From Moniliella sp. 'wahieum' (Eukaryota), in NCBI GenBank assembly GCA_003971905.1, contig RSEE01000003.1:62001-126000 (forward strand): a stretch of 64,000 bases of DNA, read 5' to 3'. Numbering within the stretch: the stretch's first letter is position 1; each line of letters starts with the position of its first letter. The notes under the pieces were generated by a model that searched no databases, was not told the DNA's origin, and saw only the letters and a list, made by a program, of their open reading frames with translations. The translations under genes were made by a program, and so were the position numbers. Shown one piece after another: positions 49,433-62,208 of this stretch.

Positions 49433-52400
49433 GATGGCGATGGCAGACACGAGGGGTGGGGCTGAAGAGGGGTATCCGGGAGCGGTGGGCCGGCAGTGGT
49501 GGTGGTGGTGGTGGGTGGGAGAAGACAAGGAGAGTGGGCACACAGAGGGAGTGGTGTGGGGGTTATGGTGAGCTCGTCTCGTCTGGGCTCGGGTCTTTCA
49601 AACGAGATGACCGCTGATTGCTGCTCATCATGCGCTCATCATTAATCGTGGGCGTTGCTTGCCTGGCGGTCTGACCGGTGACCTGTCTGGCGTCGGGCGT
49701 CGGGCAGGGCCGGGTACGCGGGGGTGCGATCTGCGAGGGGAGATGATCGATGGGTGGATGGGTGCCGCAGCGTAGGCGCAGCGTGCGGCCGCAAGCCCCC
49801 GCAAGCCACCCCGCCCGCCGTACAGGGCGAGTGTGAGCCAGTTCATAGTTAATCGTGAGGTAGTCATCATTAATCACTCAAGCAGGCCCTGAGGCCCTGA
49901 CGCGTGACGACGCGACCATCAACGTATCCACGGATCATTATATCAACGCCCCCCAGCCACATCATGCATCAACGGATCATATATCAACGTGCGCTCCATA
50001 TTCACTGCGCCGGCGGGGCAGAACTCGGCGGCACCGCTTCTCTCGGCGCCCGAGGCCCGAGGGCGCACGTTTTTCTATTAACCTCATTTCCCCGCCGATC
50101 TTCCACCTTTCTTTTCCCCGCCCCTGCTGTGTCGCCATCCATCCACATCTGCCGCGCCACATTCATCTCGATAGTCAGGTCAATCAGTGAATCAGTGAAT
50201 CAGTGAACCAGGCTCTTTCATACCGGGAGGATTGTTGCAGATGAACTGTCAAGTCAGAGAGCAGCTGCAAAAGAGACCCCCTTGGCAGCCGGCACTGCCA
50301 GCCGCCCATCCAACACTGGTACCCTACTCTCCCCCGGTCGGCCTGCCTGGAAACCGTACTATGCGCATCTCACATGTCGCATCCTTCTCACATCCAACTC
50401 ATCCACCTCGTCAAGCTTCAAGCTTCAAGCCTCCCTATACATAGCCACTTTCACGCATCCACGCCGTATACATACTTGCATTGCCTCAGCCCTACATAGC
50501 CAAGTAGTCAGATCTCTGATGCCCATGCATCGAGCATCCGCAGCCAATCGATCAGCGGGATCAGCACACACATATCAGTACTCAGTAACTCGGCAACTCG
50601 GGCCTCGGCCTCAGGACCAGTCCTCAGGCACTCAGACGTGCTCGGTCCCAGGCTGAGAGGCTGAGTGGCTGGCAGCTGAACAGGTGTTGAGCCTGAGCGA
50701 GCGCACAGCACTTCGACGTCTAACACATTCAGCCTGTCTCGTCAGTCAGGCGCGCCTCAGGCCGGTCATCAAAAGGTCATCCCGGTCATCAATCATCGCG
50801 GCTGCGTCACGCGTCATTCATCATGAACATCATTAACGTTTCACGTCCTCGTTGATCATTCGCTTTCACGCATATGCAAGCCCACCTCGTCGAGCTTATG
50901 CGCCGTTGCTTAAAGCTTAAAGCTTGATGGAAGCAACGCGCATCACGTGCACCCTGCATCATGCATCATGCTGCATGCGTCAGGCACTGGCGGACGTGCA
51001 CGTGCACCTGCAGGCAGCCTGGATGCTGTGGACGCAGCATGCCGGATGGGAAGGCACTGGGTCCTCCATGCCCCATCTGTGGAGGACGAACGGACCAGCC
51101 TTCTTCCAGCGTCGATGAGACTGTGAGAGAGTGCGCTGCATACACCGCCCATCATCAACAGCACACACACACGCGGGCTACCGAGGGAGCTAGGTTCTCC
51201 ACCAGTAGATAGCCACCCGCATGCACCTCATGCACTGTCTCTTCCTTGGCATGGCCTGGGCTGGTGTCATGCATCATGTCATACAGCAGTCTGCACCATG
51301 CGTGGTTCTGCCTCAGGCCACTTGTCTCCTGTTGCTCTCTATCCATACGACTCTTCCTTCCTGGCCTCCCCCTATCGGACTCCTCTTTTGGCAAGTTTGC
51401 ATTTTGCCATCTGCCATCGGCGTAGCTGGCAGCCACACCACAAGCAGAACCCGACATGGGAGGGCAGAGCCTATGGGGAAAGCGTGTTGCCTGTTGCCTG
51501 TTGCCCTTGAAGGGCACAGGAGGCTGGAACTTGGGAGAAATGGCCGGGATGGATGGCGTCTTGGCGCTGCGCGTGCCACTGGGCCGCGTGGTATAGAAAA
51601 CAGCGGGGTCCTGGCCCTAGACTAAAAGGCTGGGCCAACACCATCTCCTTCTCTCTTCGGTCTCTCGGACTCTCGGACTCTCGTCTCTCGGACTCTCGGT
51701 CTCTAGTTGTTCTTTTACAGGGGACAGGGTAGGAGCTCATCTAGTCTCCTCTGAGATCTGAGATCTGAACACATTGAGCTACGCGCTACACCCGGCTACA
51801 CTTCGTCCGTCTGCCTCCCTGGGCCCTGGCCCCACCTACCCTACGGCGGTAGGACTCCCCTCCCTGCCGGAGCCGACACCGTAAGGGGCTACATGTGTAA
51901 CGTGTCGTGTCGCCCTCGGAGGCTACGAAGCTTGGTGCAGGATCGGCTCTTTGACCCTGGATCTCCCAGACCTTCAACTTGAAGCTTCAAGCTTGAGGCT
52001 TAAGAAGCTTGAGGCTAATAAATGTAGACAGCGTGAGAAAGGGAGGCGATGATGGATGATGCACTGATGGTTCCATTCCACGTGAGCGCGTGAGAGGTGC
52101 CTGAGGCCCGAGCTCAGGCCTGAGGCTCAGGACTGACGACAGGGGCAGAACCACATGGGAGGGTTGGAGGTCGGACCATATACATCACACAGAGCAGATG
52201 CGGGGCATGTGTGCGCGTTGTTAGCCATCTCTAGAGTCTTCTGTAGGAAGGGTCGAGGAAACTAGTTACTCCTTACGCGTTACGCATTACGGGGCAATGC
52301 GGATACTTCCCTGGACATGGGACACGAGGCCCTCATTTCGGGGCCTCTCATCGACCATCGAAGCACCCCCCCGTCTCGTCTCCACGTCGGACTAGTGTTG

Positions 52401-52968
52401 AAAGAGAATCCCTAGTTAGCCGGCAACTTATCCGTTTGCCGATATACTCCCCGCCCAGACCCCTTTGGCCCAACGGTATAGAGTATGATAGATGATGCTT
52501 CCAGGCATGCCCATTGCGCCCAGTCTTTTGGCCGAATCCTGTGTCTACCGCAACCCAACTGCGAGCTCGGCGCGCAATGCCTTCGAAAGCCAATCGGCTG
52601 CGCTTGATCCTTTTGGCCACCATCAATCTATTCTCAGATCTCGTTTCTCTCCTCGTAACATTAAAAGGGCGCAGGATCTCTCTCATGCATGCATCATGGC
52701 GCTAACAGTATAGTGCTGCGGCTGATTCCAGACGGCGGCGAGACAGTCGATGCTGTACTGCAGTGCGACTGCTGAAAGGAATGCAGCCTGCGGCGGGGCA
52801 GCTACGGATGAAAACGGCATCTCCCCCTGACTAGATCGTCCGGCTAGGAGCACAAGTTGGTTGTTGCGCTGAGAGCAGTGAAGCAGATATGGGATGATAG
52901 CATGTGCCTCCTAGAGCAAGGCATGTGCACCCGTAGGGGGAGACAGGACTTTTAGGTGGTACAGGGCC

Positions 52969-53860
52969 TTAGATGTGCTTACCAAAGAGAGGGATGAGCG
53001 ACTGGGCAAGAGTGAAGCTGAAGACCAGCTTCGGTCCAACGACGAGAATCTTGGGCGTGAGACCCTTGAAGAAAGCGCCCACACCCTCGTTCTTGACCAT
53101 GTCCTTGATGATCGTAAGCCACCAACGTTGGACTCAAAGTTGGCGTTCTGGATGCGGGTCTTGACCACGTCCAATGGAGCAGAGACAGTAATGGACGCCA
53201 CGGCACCACCAATCGAAGCGGCAAAGTTTTGGCTCCAGGTGGCCGAGCTGTAGTCGCTCGACCAAAGAGGTACTCCTTGGTGAATGCAGAGCCACCAAAG
53301 AGGGCGAATGAGCCAGGGGCGTTGCGGGCCATGGTCCAGCCCCTCCGCGGTACAGGGCAAAGCCTTCGTCCTAACGATGCGCAGGAAGCCACGCGAACGG
53401 AAAGCCTCAGGGTTGGTCTGGCGCTTGATCTTCAGCACGTCGAGCGGGAGGAGAACCACCTCACCGATACCGGTGAGAGATCCGGCCGTGGCCTGCATCA
53501 TCGACTTGCCGTTGCGCTCACCAAAGGTGTTGGTAAAGGCTTGGCCATAGTGGGTGCGGAGGTAGTCGTTGATAAAAGGCTGACCACCAAACTTGTACAC
53601 ACGCTGCAGAACCTTGTACCCAGCCGCATACCCGAGCCCAGGGAAGAGAGAGAGCGCCTTGGTGCCGATGGGCGCGGTGGCCTTTTCCTTGAAAATGACC
53701 TGGGTAAGCGACTTGGACGCATCCTTGTTGCTCATCAGACGCTTGGCAATCGTGTCCACAGGGTGGAAGACGAAGAGCTCGGCAATGCCGCTGACACCCG
53801 AGCCAGCAATGCGAGCGTTAGCGCTCTCGCGACGGGGACCATCGAGGTGCGGCGCGCCAT
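52969..53860 (-). CDS. GGC1: Mitochondrial GTP/GDP carrier
   Basis: ARIAGSGVSGIAELFVFHPVDTIAKRLMSN, SLFPGLGYAAGYKVLQRVYKFGGQP, LPLDVLKIKRQTNPEAF, APLDVVKTRIQN. Confidence 0.93.
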
Positions 53861-54404
53861 TATAAGGGAGGCAAGGGTTGAATCAAGGAGCGGTGGGGAT
53901 GGTGGCTAGGAAGGCGGGCCGGGGAAAAAAAAACCAGTTTACGAGATGGAAGGCGAGAAAGAAGGTCGGCTTGCAATTTCAATTGCGACATACATCTACA
54001 GCGGAGACTGGTAGCTTGCGCCCCCCCGCACCTGGCGAGTGTTCGCGGAGATGATGGATCTGCGGCCGCCCAGCGGGCACGACAGTTGTCCTCCAAGTTA
54101 AATTCCAAGTGTCAAGGTGTAAACGTTTAGTCCGGCTCTTCCCTACATGTAGTTCTCCTGGCAAGCCATCTGATCGTTGCCTGATGGGTTAAGCTGTTGA
54201 GGTTGAAACCCATCAGTGCCATCGGAGCCCTCAGGGCCATCCGTCATGACGCATCTCCTCTACGGGGTACGATCGACAAGCCTAAAAGCACATGACGAAC
54301 CAATTCAATTTGCTATTAGTGGGGCACACGCGGGCAGTGCCAGTTCAGATCATAGTAGACAATTTCGGTCGGGGTGGACAATGCCAACAGTCAGGCACGT
54401 CCCC

Positions 54405-56922
54405 TTAAGCAAACTCATCTTCAATGTCGGCCATGTCGCCTTCGCCTTCATTGACGGCGAAGGACAAGAAGTTGAGAGGACGATGGATCTCGTCCCAGAA
54501 CGCGGCTGGGCGGTCGAGAGTGAGCGAGTACTTCAGGTTGGGAGTCCACTGCGCCGACAGCGACAACCCATAGTTCCACGCTCGCGTTGTGGGTGTCAAG
54601 GTGGCGCCTAGGATGCGGTCCGAAAGCAACAGTTGCACCTTGTCTGCCATGCTAGGCTGGAAACCACCAACGTTACCCGCAATCACTTCTGTCGGGTTGG
54701 CCTTGCGGCCCCAGTCAAACCCGGCCACCGTGGGCTGGAACGCCGTCAACGAGACCGAGCCCGGGGTGAAGGATGCAGTGACGCAAATGGTGGATGCGGT
54801 CCACTCTGCATGTGCAGCCATCATCCGGCTGTGGGTAACCAAGTCGACAGGGGGCATATGGGGAAGATCCTGTGCCTGCGTGTGGATCCAGCCCAGTGGT
54901 TCCAAGTTTTGAGGACAAAGTCGTGCTCCGGAGATCGTTGGGAAGCTCGACGCTAGTGTTGGTGCCCCTCTGAGGGACCCAGACAATTGCCTTGATTTCC
55001 TTGACTGCCGGTGCATCGGGAGGTGAGAGGCCATAGAGCAAACCAGCAACCTGGGTGCGTAGATCCGAGTTGACAATAAACGTCTTCAACACGTTCTTGG
55101 GCATCACATAAGTGAGCGCCCCAGCATCCTCCTTGGCCTCGTCATTCGAGACATAAATGTGCTGGTCCGAAGAGGCAAGTTGGCAGACGACAAGGCACGG
55201 ATCCGCCAGTCTGATTTGGAACTGAACACTTGATTCTCATACTGCGTTGTAGTGACCACTTGGATCTCCTCGCCATGCACGTTGTGCGTCTTCGTCTGTG
55301 TTGCCGTCACTTGTGATCCAGCTTGGGCGTTTTTCTCCATCTCCGCCATCTGCTGCCGTTGAACCGACGGAGCTTGGATCTCCATACCTAAGCAGAGGAA
55401 CCGAAAGTCAGTATTTCTTTGCACTATCAGTCATAGGGAGAACGTACCCAAGATAATGTCACGGATCTCCGAGTTGGTCAGCGACGAAACATTGACCGAG
55501 TTGCGCTTGCCATAGTCATGCAGGATTAGGTCGCGCAGCTCGACTTCCACCTTCATCCACTCCTCATCGGACAAACTGGGCCACAGGTGGTGCGGCTCGG
55601 TCACGGTCTGGACGTTGGGACGAAGGATGATTTTAGTTTTCTCTTGGTTCACGTGCAGAGCACGGAGAATGAGGATGGAGCGGGAGAAAGCAGTGTAGGA
55701 CGAGATACGGGAGAGCCAATCGTCGTATAGGTTGAACAGAACCATCTGCGGTTGGGTTGCTCGCAAAATCATGTCGCGGATCTTTTCCAGCTCCATGATC
55801 GCCTTCAGAGGCAGTTGGAGCTCCGAGCCCTTGATAACAATGTTGGGGAAGTCGACCAGATGGACTTCGAGTGGGTCAAGCATACCCTTACGTGTGACAA
55901 TCACCTGCTTGGGCTGTTCTTCAATGGGCAAAGAACGGACCAACGCAGCTACCTCCTCGGCCGTCTTCCACTTGGCCAACTGGCTTAGACGTTTCTGCCC
56001 TGCCCAAACCGAGGTGTGGATAATCTTAAGGAAGAGTTGACCCGTGCGAGGATTGAAGATGAGCACAGCACCGTTGATCGGCTTGGTCACCAAGTTGCCC
56101 TCAAAGGTGCGATGGATCGCAACAGCGTACACACCCGAGTCATCCACCATCCAGATGACTTGGTTGCTAAACAGTTCGGCATAATTGCCCGAGTTGAGGT
56201 ATGGCTCGGTAGGTTCTGAACTGTACAGCTGCAAGCTCTTGCGCAAACGCTCCCGAAGAAGGTACAGAGCCGGGTTGACCTTCATGATCTTGGTCATGGC
56301 TTGAGCCACGAGAGGCTTGCTCCCCGGGAACCAATTCCCGTATGCCGAGTGTTGGTTGTAGGCCAAGTCAATTCCAATCAACGCGCCTGTGGCCGAAGGG
56401 TAAATGGAGGTGGTTGCATCACTGGTGTAGTCCAGGAATTTGGCCCGCACGTAACGTTCAATGTCATGCGAATCAAAGTCACCCCAACGAAGCTGAACAT
56501 CGATCCACCACTTGTTGGCGCTCGCGCCAGTCAACTCGTCCCGCGCCTCGGACAAGAGGGAGGGCTTGCTAACTGGCCACTTGTAGCTGGCAAAGATGAG
56601 CAGGTCTGCGCACGAAGCATTCATGCGGTACGACTTGCGCGGGTGGATGGTCTCCTTCTGCACAGTCTCGATCTGGAGCGCTTCCATCTCTTGATCAAAG
56701 ACTTGAGCCAAATCGATCGTCACCGCCTCGTGGATCTTTTGCCACAAGTGGGCACGGAAGATGGAGATATAAGAGATCTTGAGCGTGGGTAGCTTACCAT
56801 GCATAAAGATACCCGTCAAGTCCAGCTGGACCTGGAAACCGACATAGACATTGGCGCGGTTGATTGTGGGAGACCACCAGAGAGTGAAGCGACGGTTGGG
56901 AATCTGCGACAGACCCGAGCGT

Positions 56923-56960
<38 letters not shown>

Positions 56961-59900
56961 AAAGCCCGACGCCTTCTCCCAGAAAAGACCCTCCCAAGAG
57001 GGGAAGCCCGTGCCAGGGAAGAGCGTGTGCTCCAAGATAGTCTCAATACCACCAAGGGCGGCAATCACGTCAACACGGTAGTTGTTTAGCTGCCAAAGCT
57101 TGCCGTCGTGCCGCTGGTCTGTCCACCAGAACGGGTTGTATTTCAGCACTTGGTACTGCTTGAATTCGTGCCGCACCCGCCAAAGCTTGTCATACGAGAG
57201 AATCGTGCGGTCCTTCTGGAAGAGGGTGTTGATCCGCGGAACACCTCGACTCCAACTGTCTTCCAGATCTTCTAGGGTGAGACGGCGGTTCTGGGCAGTC
57301 GCTTCCTGCCGCTTTTGAGCGTACTCTTGCCATACTCGGGCAGAATCAATAAACTCCGCCTCCCACGGTTGGATGTAGCGGTACAGGTTGGGGATTAAGT
57401 TGTCCTCCTGGGACGAAAGACCTGAACGGAAGTGGGTGATACCTGTTGTGGTTTGCTTGCTCCACCGAAGGTCGCTAGCCGGGATCAAGACGTGGCCCAT
57501 CGACAGTTGCCCCAGCCCACCAATCTCCTTGGGGGAGTAGAAGACGCACGGAGGGAAACGAGAAGGCATCTTGGAGTTGAGCCCAATTTTGACTCGGGTC
57601 TGCACCTTGTTCTCGGCCTTGACCAGCAAATCAAGCAACGACTCTGTGTACACGACCGCCTCGCGGTAATAAGTCATCAACCCAATGCTGATGGAAAAAA
57701 GGGAAAGGTCAGTCGCCAGCTCATATATTCAAGGAAAATTCACTCACAGTGTCGTATTCCACTTGTTGATGATTTTGGAAAAGGTCGTCGCACCTGCCGA
57801 CATGAGCACTTGGCGGATTCGGTTGTTAAAGTGCAGTACCCCTGCGTCCGATACGCGGATGTGTGCCTGGGAGGTGCGCCCGCCCGAGGAAGCCTGTACC
57901 AACGACCAGACCCCATCACGTGTGTCCTGCGTCTCGCTTGCCCGAACCTTCGGCAAGATCCGCACCTCGAAACCAAGCATCGAGAAAAGCAAGTTGGGGT
58001 TGTCCTTGCTATACACGCTGACAAAAGTGTCGTCCCACTCGATCGTAGTCAGAGCACGAGGAATGCGGTTCTTAATGTCCCAAAATACCGCCCGAGCCAG
58101 GTTGACATCGTGCTTGACCAGTCGCATGCGAGCGTCCCGGGGCCAGCACTTCTTGCTGTTGAATCCGACCATGCCCGAGTTGTTCGGGTCTGGATTGGCG
58201 CTGAGGTAGCGCTGAATCAAGTCGCGTGACTCATCGGCACTGAATCGGAACATCATGTGGATTCGGTCAATGTACCGGGAATAGAGACGGATGGGGTGAC
58301 GGGTTTCCGTCTCCTTGTCGCTAAACTGGAGGAATCCATTGGGCATTTGCGGCTGCCCCGCCATCTCTGTCGCGCGCGAGAGGCCAAGGACGAGAAGGTC
58401 GAGAATCAAGCCGTAGTACTGGAAGACAAATGCCGAGAACTGTAGACCGCGGATTAGGCCGTACTGGTTCACGTGGGACATGTCCTTCCAGACAATTGTG
58501 ATGTTGTTCTTCGAGGTGATGTAGTCAGCCAGGTTGTGGTCCATGATCAGGCGCAACAACCTGTTGAGAAGGGTAAGGTCGATCTTCTCGTACACTCGGC
58601 TCAGAGTCGTCTCCATCATGACGCCGCATTCGCCTTCCTTTGTCTCCCAAACGTCCTGGAGGTTGTTAATCCCGTTGCACCACTTGTACACCAGCAGCGG
58701 CGGCGGTTCCGTGTCCGACGGTTTAATCCAGGCCGGGAAGAGATCACGACGGGTGGCCTCGTACGATAGGTACTGGTCCAAGTACGCATCGGTGATCTTT
58801 TCGATCGGCTCAATATCAAAGCAGGGGATAAGCTTCTCATACGTGTCAAAGAACTCCATCGAGGCCTCCTTGAACGCGCGTTGTGTTAGCATCAGACGCT
58901 TGATCCGAGCCAGCGTCACAGCCGGCTCGTCAAACGCTTGCTCGATCAGCGCTAACTCCTCACGCTGCTGCTGGTTGAGCCGGCCCTTGACGCTGTACTG
59001 CTCCTTAAGTCGCTCAAGCGCCAGTACCAGAATCTTCGAGTCGTGTTTAAAGTTGAGTGAGGGGAAGGGGATCGGCTGGAAGCGCCGGGACTCGAGCCAA
59101 TGCACTGTCGATGTGTAAATAGCCACAGCTGCCTCAGAAGTGAGGTAGGGACCATCCTTGAGATACGCGTTCTGTCGCTCCTGTTCGGCCTTAAGATACA
59201 ACCGGGTGAGTCGCCCCAGGTTCTTGCGCGCCACCGTCTTGTCCACCGTTGCACCACGACGGATACGCTCACGGTTGTAATGTGCCACTGACGTCCACCA
59301 GTCGGCTTTGGACTTGACGTAACGCAGAATGAGGTTCTCGATCGGGGCGGGCATGCCCGGCACCTTCCATGGAATGTTGGCCTTCCAGCAACGGAACGCC
59401 TCAGTCATGTGCGCCATGATCGTCTTGGACTTGCTCCGGCGAATGTTCTCAGGCATCATGTCGAGAATATCATGAAGCACGGCAGCACGCAGCTCGAGAT
59501 CAAAGTGGGACTCAACCCGTTGCTTGGTCAGGGTGATGGATTTGTTTCGATTGTCTCGCCCTTCAAACTGGCGAGAGAGCAAGTTGCTCAGCCAGCGCTC
59601 AAGCAGAGGCGTCAGCCCACGGAGGAGCGCCATCCACACACGCCAGCTCGGCGCCCAAAAACCAACACCGGGACCCTTTCCCACAGGGCCCGAGTTGAAA
59701 CGGTAGTAGATGACATGCTTGAGGTCCTTGCAGGCCCGAATTTGGCGCATAACCTTGTACTTGTAACGGTACATCCCCGTCAGCTGGCCAACATGGTTGA
59801 GGAGGTACTGCAGGCCATCGGCCAATTGGAAGGCGTCAATGTTGCCCAAGCGGTGTTGGACAAATGCATCAATCACCATCTTAACCAAGCGCGCAATCTC

Positions 59901-61732
59901 ACGGATCAGATGGAAGGCATTGCCAAACCGACTCTTCTTACGTTCCTTTGTCGTCAGAGTCTTCACTGGTTTGAGATTCATGTTGTAATCGAGATGAAGA
60001 TAGTGCAGGTTCTTGCGGTGAATCAAGAGATTGAGCATGTTGAACGACTGTCGCACCACCTGCAGACCAGCCTCGACCCAATCCAGTGTCGTGATCTGGA
60101 AAAATTTGGTTTCCTTAAGCGAACGGAGAAGGTATTTCTTCGTCCCAGCCTTCGGATTGCGCGTCTTGAGCTTGTTGAGAACATGCTTCTTGAGCAACTT
60201 CTGGTACGATACGCGAACTTTGACCGGTTGATTAGGGGGGCAGCGCTCTTTAGCATACCAGTCCTTGATCAGAGGCACGTCAACAGCGCGCACGGTACGA
60301 CCGCTGCGTTTGTTGAAGGGTGCAGGAGCCCACCAAAGGGCAATCGCATCTGCAGTCAAGTCGTTGGTGAGCTCCGTGTCCTCCATGAAGGGCTCAATTC
60401 CCTCGGGGAGGGAAAACGCCTCTTCGTCCTCCAGATCGTCATCTCCGTCCTTGCCGTCAAAACCTGATCCTCGTGGGAGACAACCTCGGTGCCATCGGCA
60501 TAGTGATCGTCGAACTGAGCTGCGTTGAACGTATGGGCAGCGATGGGATTGATGATGGGGTCAAAGTAGAAAGCGGGCAGGTCCGGGCTGTCGGCATGGA
60601 TGCAGACCGACTTAGGTTCATGATAAATGTCCTCAAACACACCACGTGGACGGGAGTTGTACAGATGAGGGAAGGCGACCTTGTACTCGGTGCGGATTTG
60701 GGTGCGAATAATGACCTTGTTGACGTCATTGAATTCATCCCAGTCGGCATCAAAATCGTCCATGTCGGTGTGTAAAGGCTCGAACTTGGGTCCGCCGGGG
60801 ATGGCAACGTTTAGCGCCTTAGCCGTGAAGAAAGATTTGTCATCAAAGAGGTACCGATAGTTCTGGTCCCCAACGACAATGTCGTCAATAAGCGAGCCTC
60901 CCAGACGATACAAGTTGGCCATCTGGGCAAGGGAGAGGGAGAAGGTCTTATACGAAGGCCCATTGACGTGTACGGCATCCTCGACCAGCGGCTTCGAGTC
61001 GTAAAACCAGTCGATCACGGCGGCGTCCTCATCTTCGTCCAGCTCTTCCTGGATTGCTTCGAGCGGCTCGACATCCAGGATGTTATCCCCGTAATCCATA
61101 GGGGGCTCTTCATCATCAAATGGAGGGAAACGCATGCGCTTGAAGTGGCGACGATCGCGTTTCTCCCGGCGCATGGCGAGCCACATTGTGGCCCACTGAG
61201 CCTGAAACACAGGCTCAATCACACGCGGGATCTCATTGACGAATGTGATCGCGCCCGAAATGTGGTAGAGAACAGGAACTTCTCGTACTTGCTGTGTGGC
61301 AATAAAGAGATGGTCAACCGTCATAAAGCAGGGGGCAAAGGGGAGGAAACACGTACCTCCCAAGGCATGGGAATGTTCTCCAACAGCTTCATCATGGCAT
61401 GAGGCACATACTTGAGCGCACCAAGGTAGACGCGCTTGTCAGTCTTATACTTCTTGTCGCTCATGTCACCATGGTCTTTGATGATCTTGCGGACGTGTTC
61501 GGGCGGCATCTCTTGTTTGCCGGGGTCGACAAAGGCGGTCTTGCCCTTGCGGTCGCCGAAGCGGGAGAGACTGCTGCTGCTTCCACTTGCGCGACTTGGA
61601 CGCAAGAGTCGCCACGTCGAGGTGCGGAAGCTCACCGGGGGCAGGTGGCGAGGGGGCAAAACCCCGGAGGGGGGCAGGGAAGCCAGGGGGTGGGCCCGAG
61701 AAGCCGGGCGGGGGGCCCGCGGGTCCAGCCAT
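54405..61732 (-). CDS. PRP8: Pre-mRNA splicing factor Prp8 (U5 snRNP), no intein
   Basis: [19 protein letters not shown]…, [34 protein letters not shown]-terminal Jab1/MPN domain ([10 protein letters not shown]); introns 61292..61356, 57688..57747, 55388..55447. Confidence 0.99.
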
Positions 61733-62007
61733 GGTGCCAGTTGTGAGAAGGGCCGAAGGGGGAAGGCACAGATGCAAACGCAGACGCCGACGCAACCACG
61801 GACGCACTCGCAGACGGTGGGCAGAACGCAGGAGGCGATGGCCAGATTCTTGCTGGTCGCCGCCAGGCGTTGCTGCTTGTTTGGATGCCTGCGGGCTGTA
61901 CGCGGCGGGAGGCGAGACGCGGAATTAGGTAATGCATCCCAACTTTGGGGCGGAATTGGAGGGCACTGGCGAGGAGGGCAAGACTGCACTGAAAATGAAA
62001 TGCAGGA

Positions 62008-62046
62008 TCACCGGTTCACCGGTCACCGGTCATCGACCATCGATCA
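62008..62046. repeat. 7-bp periodic TCA-N4 array in the PRP8/YRB1 divergent promoter
   Basis: TCA CCGG T TCA CCGG TCA CCGG TCA TCGA CCA TCGA TCA. Confidence 0.85.
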
Positions 62047-62208
62047 TTCATCATCGAGGTAGGCTCATCGGTACCAGTGCGCCAGCCCCTTATTATAGCA
62101 CCTCGATAACCAAGCGGACACCTGCGCCGGAACCCACCTTTGATTAGACAGACATCTGGCCCGCAGCCCGCCGTCCCAAGTGGCCACTACCGCCTCCCTA
62201 CCATAGCT

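Noticed and set aside
52326..52347. GC hairpin GAGGCCC…GGGCCTC resembling an intrinsic terminator
   Set aside because: Fungal nuclear DNA, no U-tract, and a short stem is expected by chance.
56940..57000. PRP8 intein at the canonical fungal insertion site
   Set aside because: The sequence reads [14 protein letters not shown] uninterrupted, so this is an empty allele.
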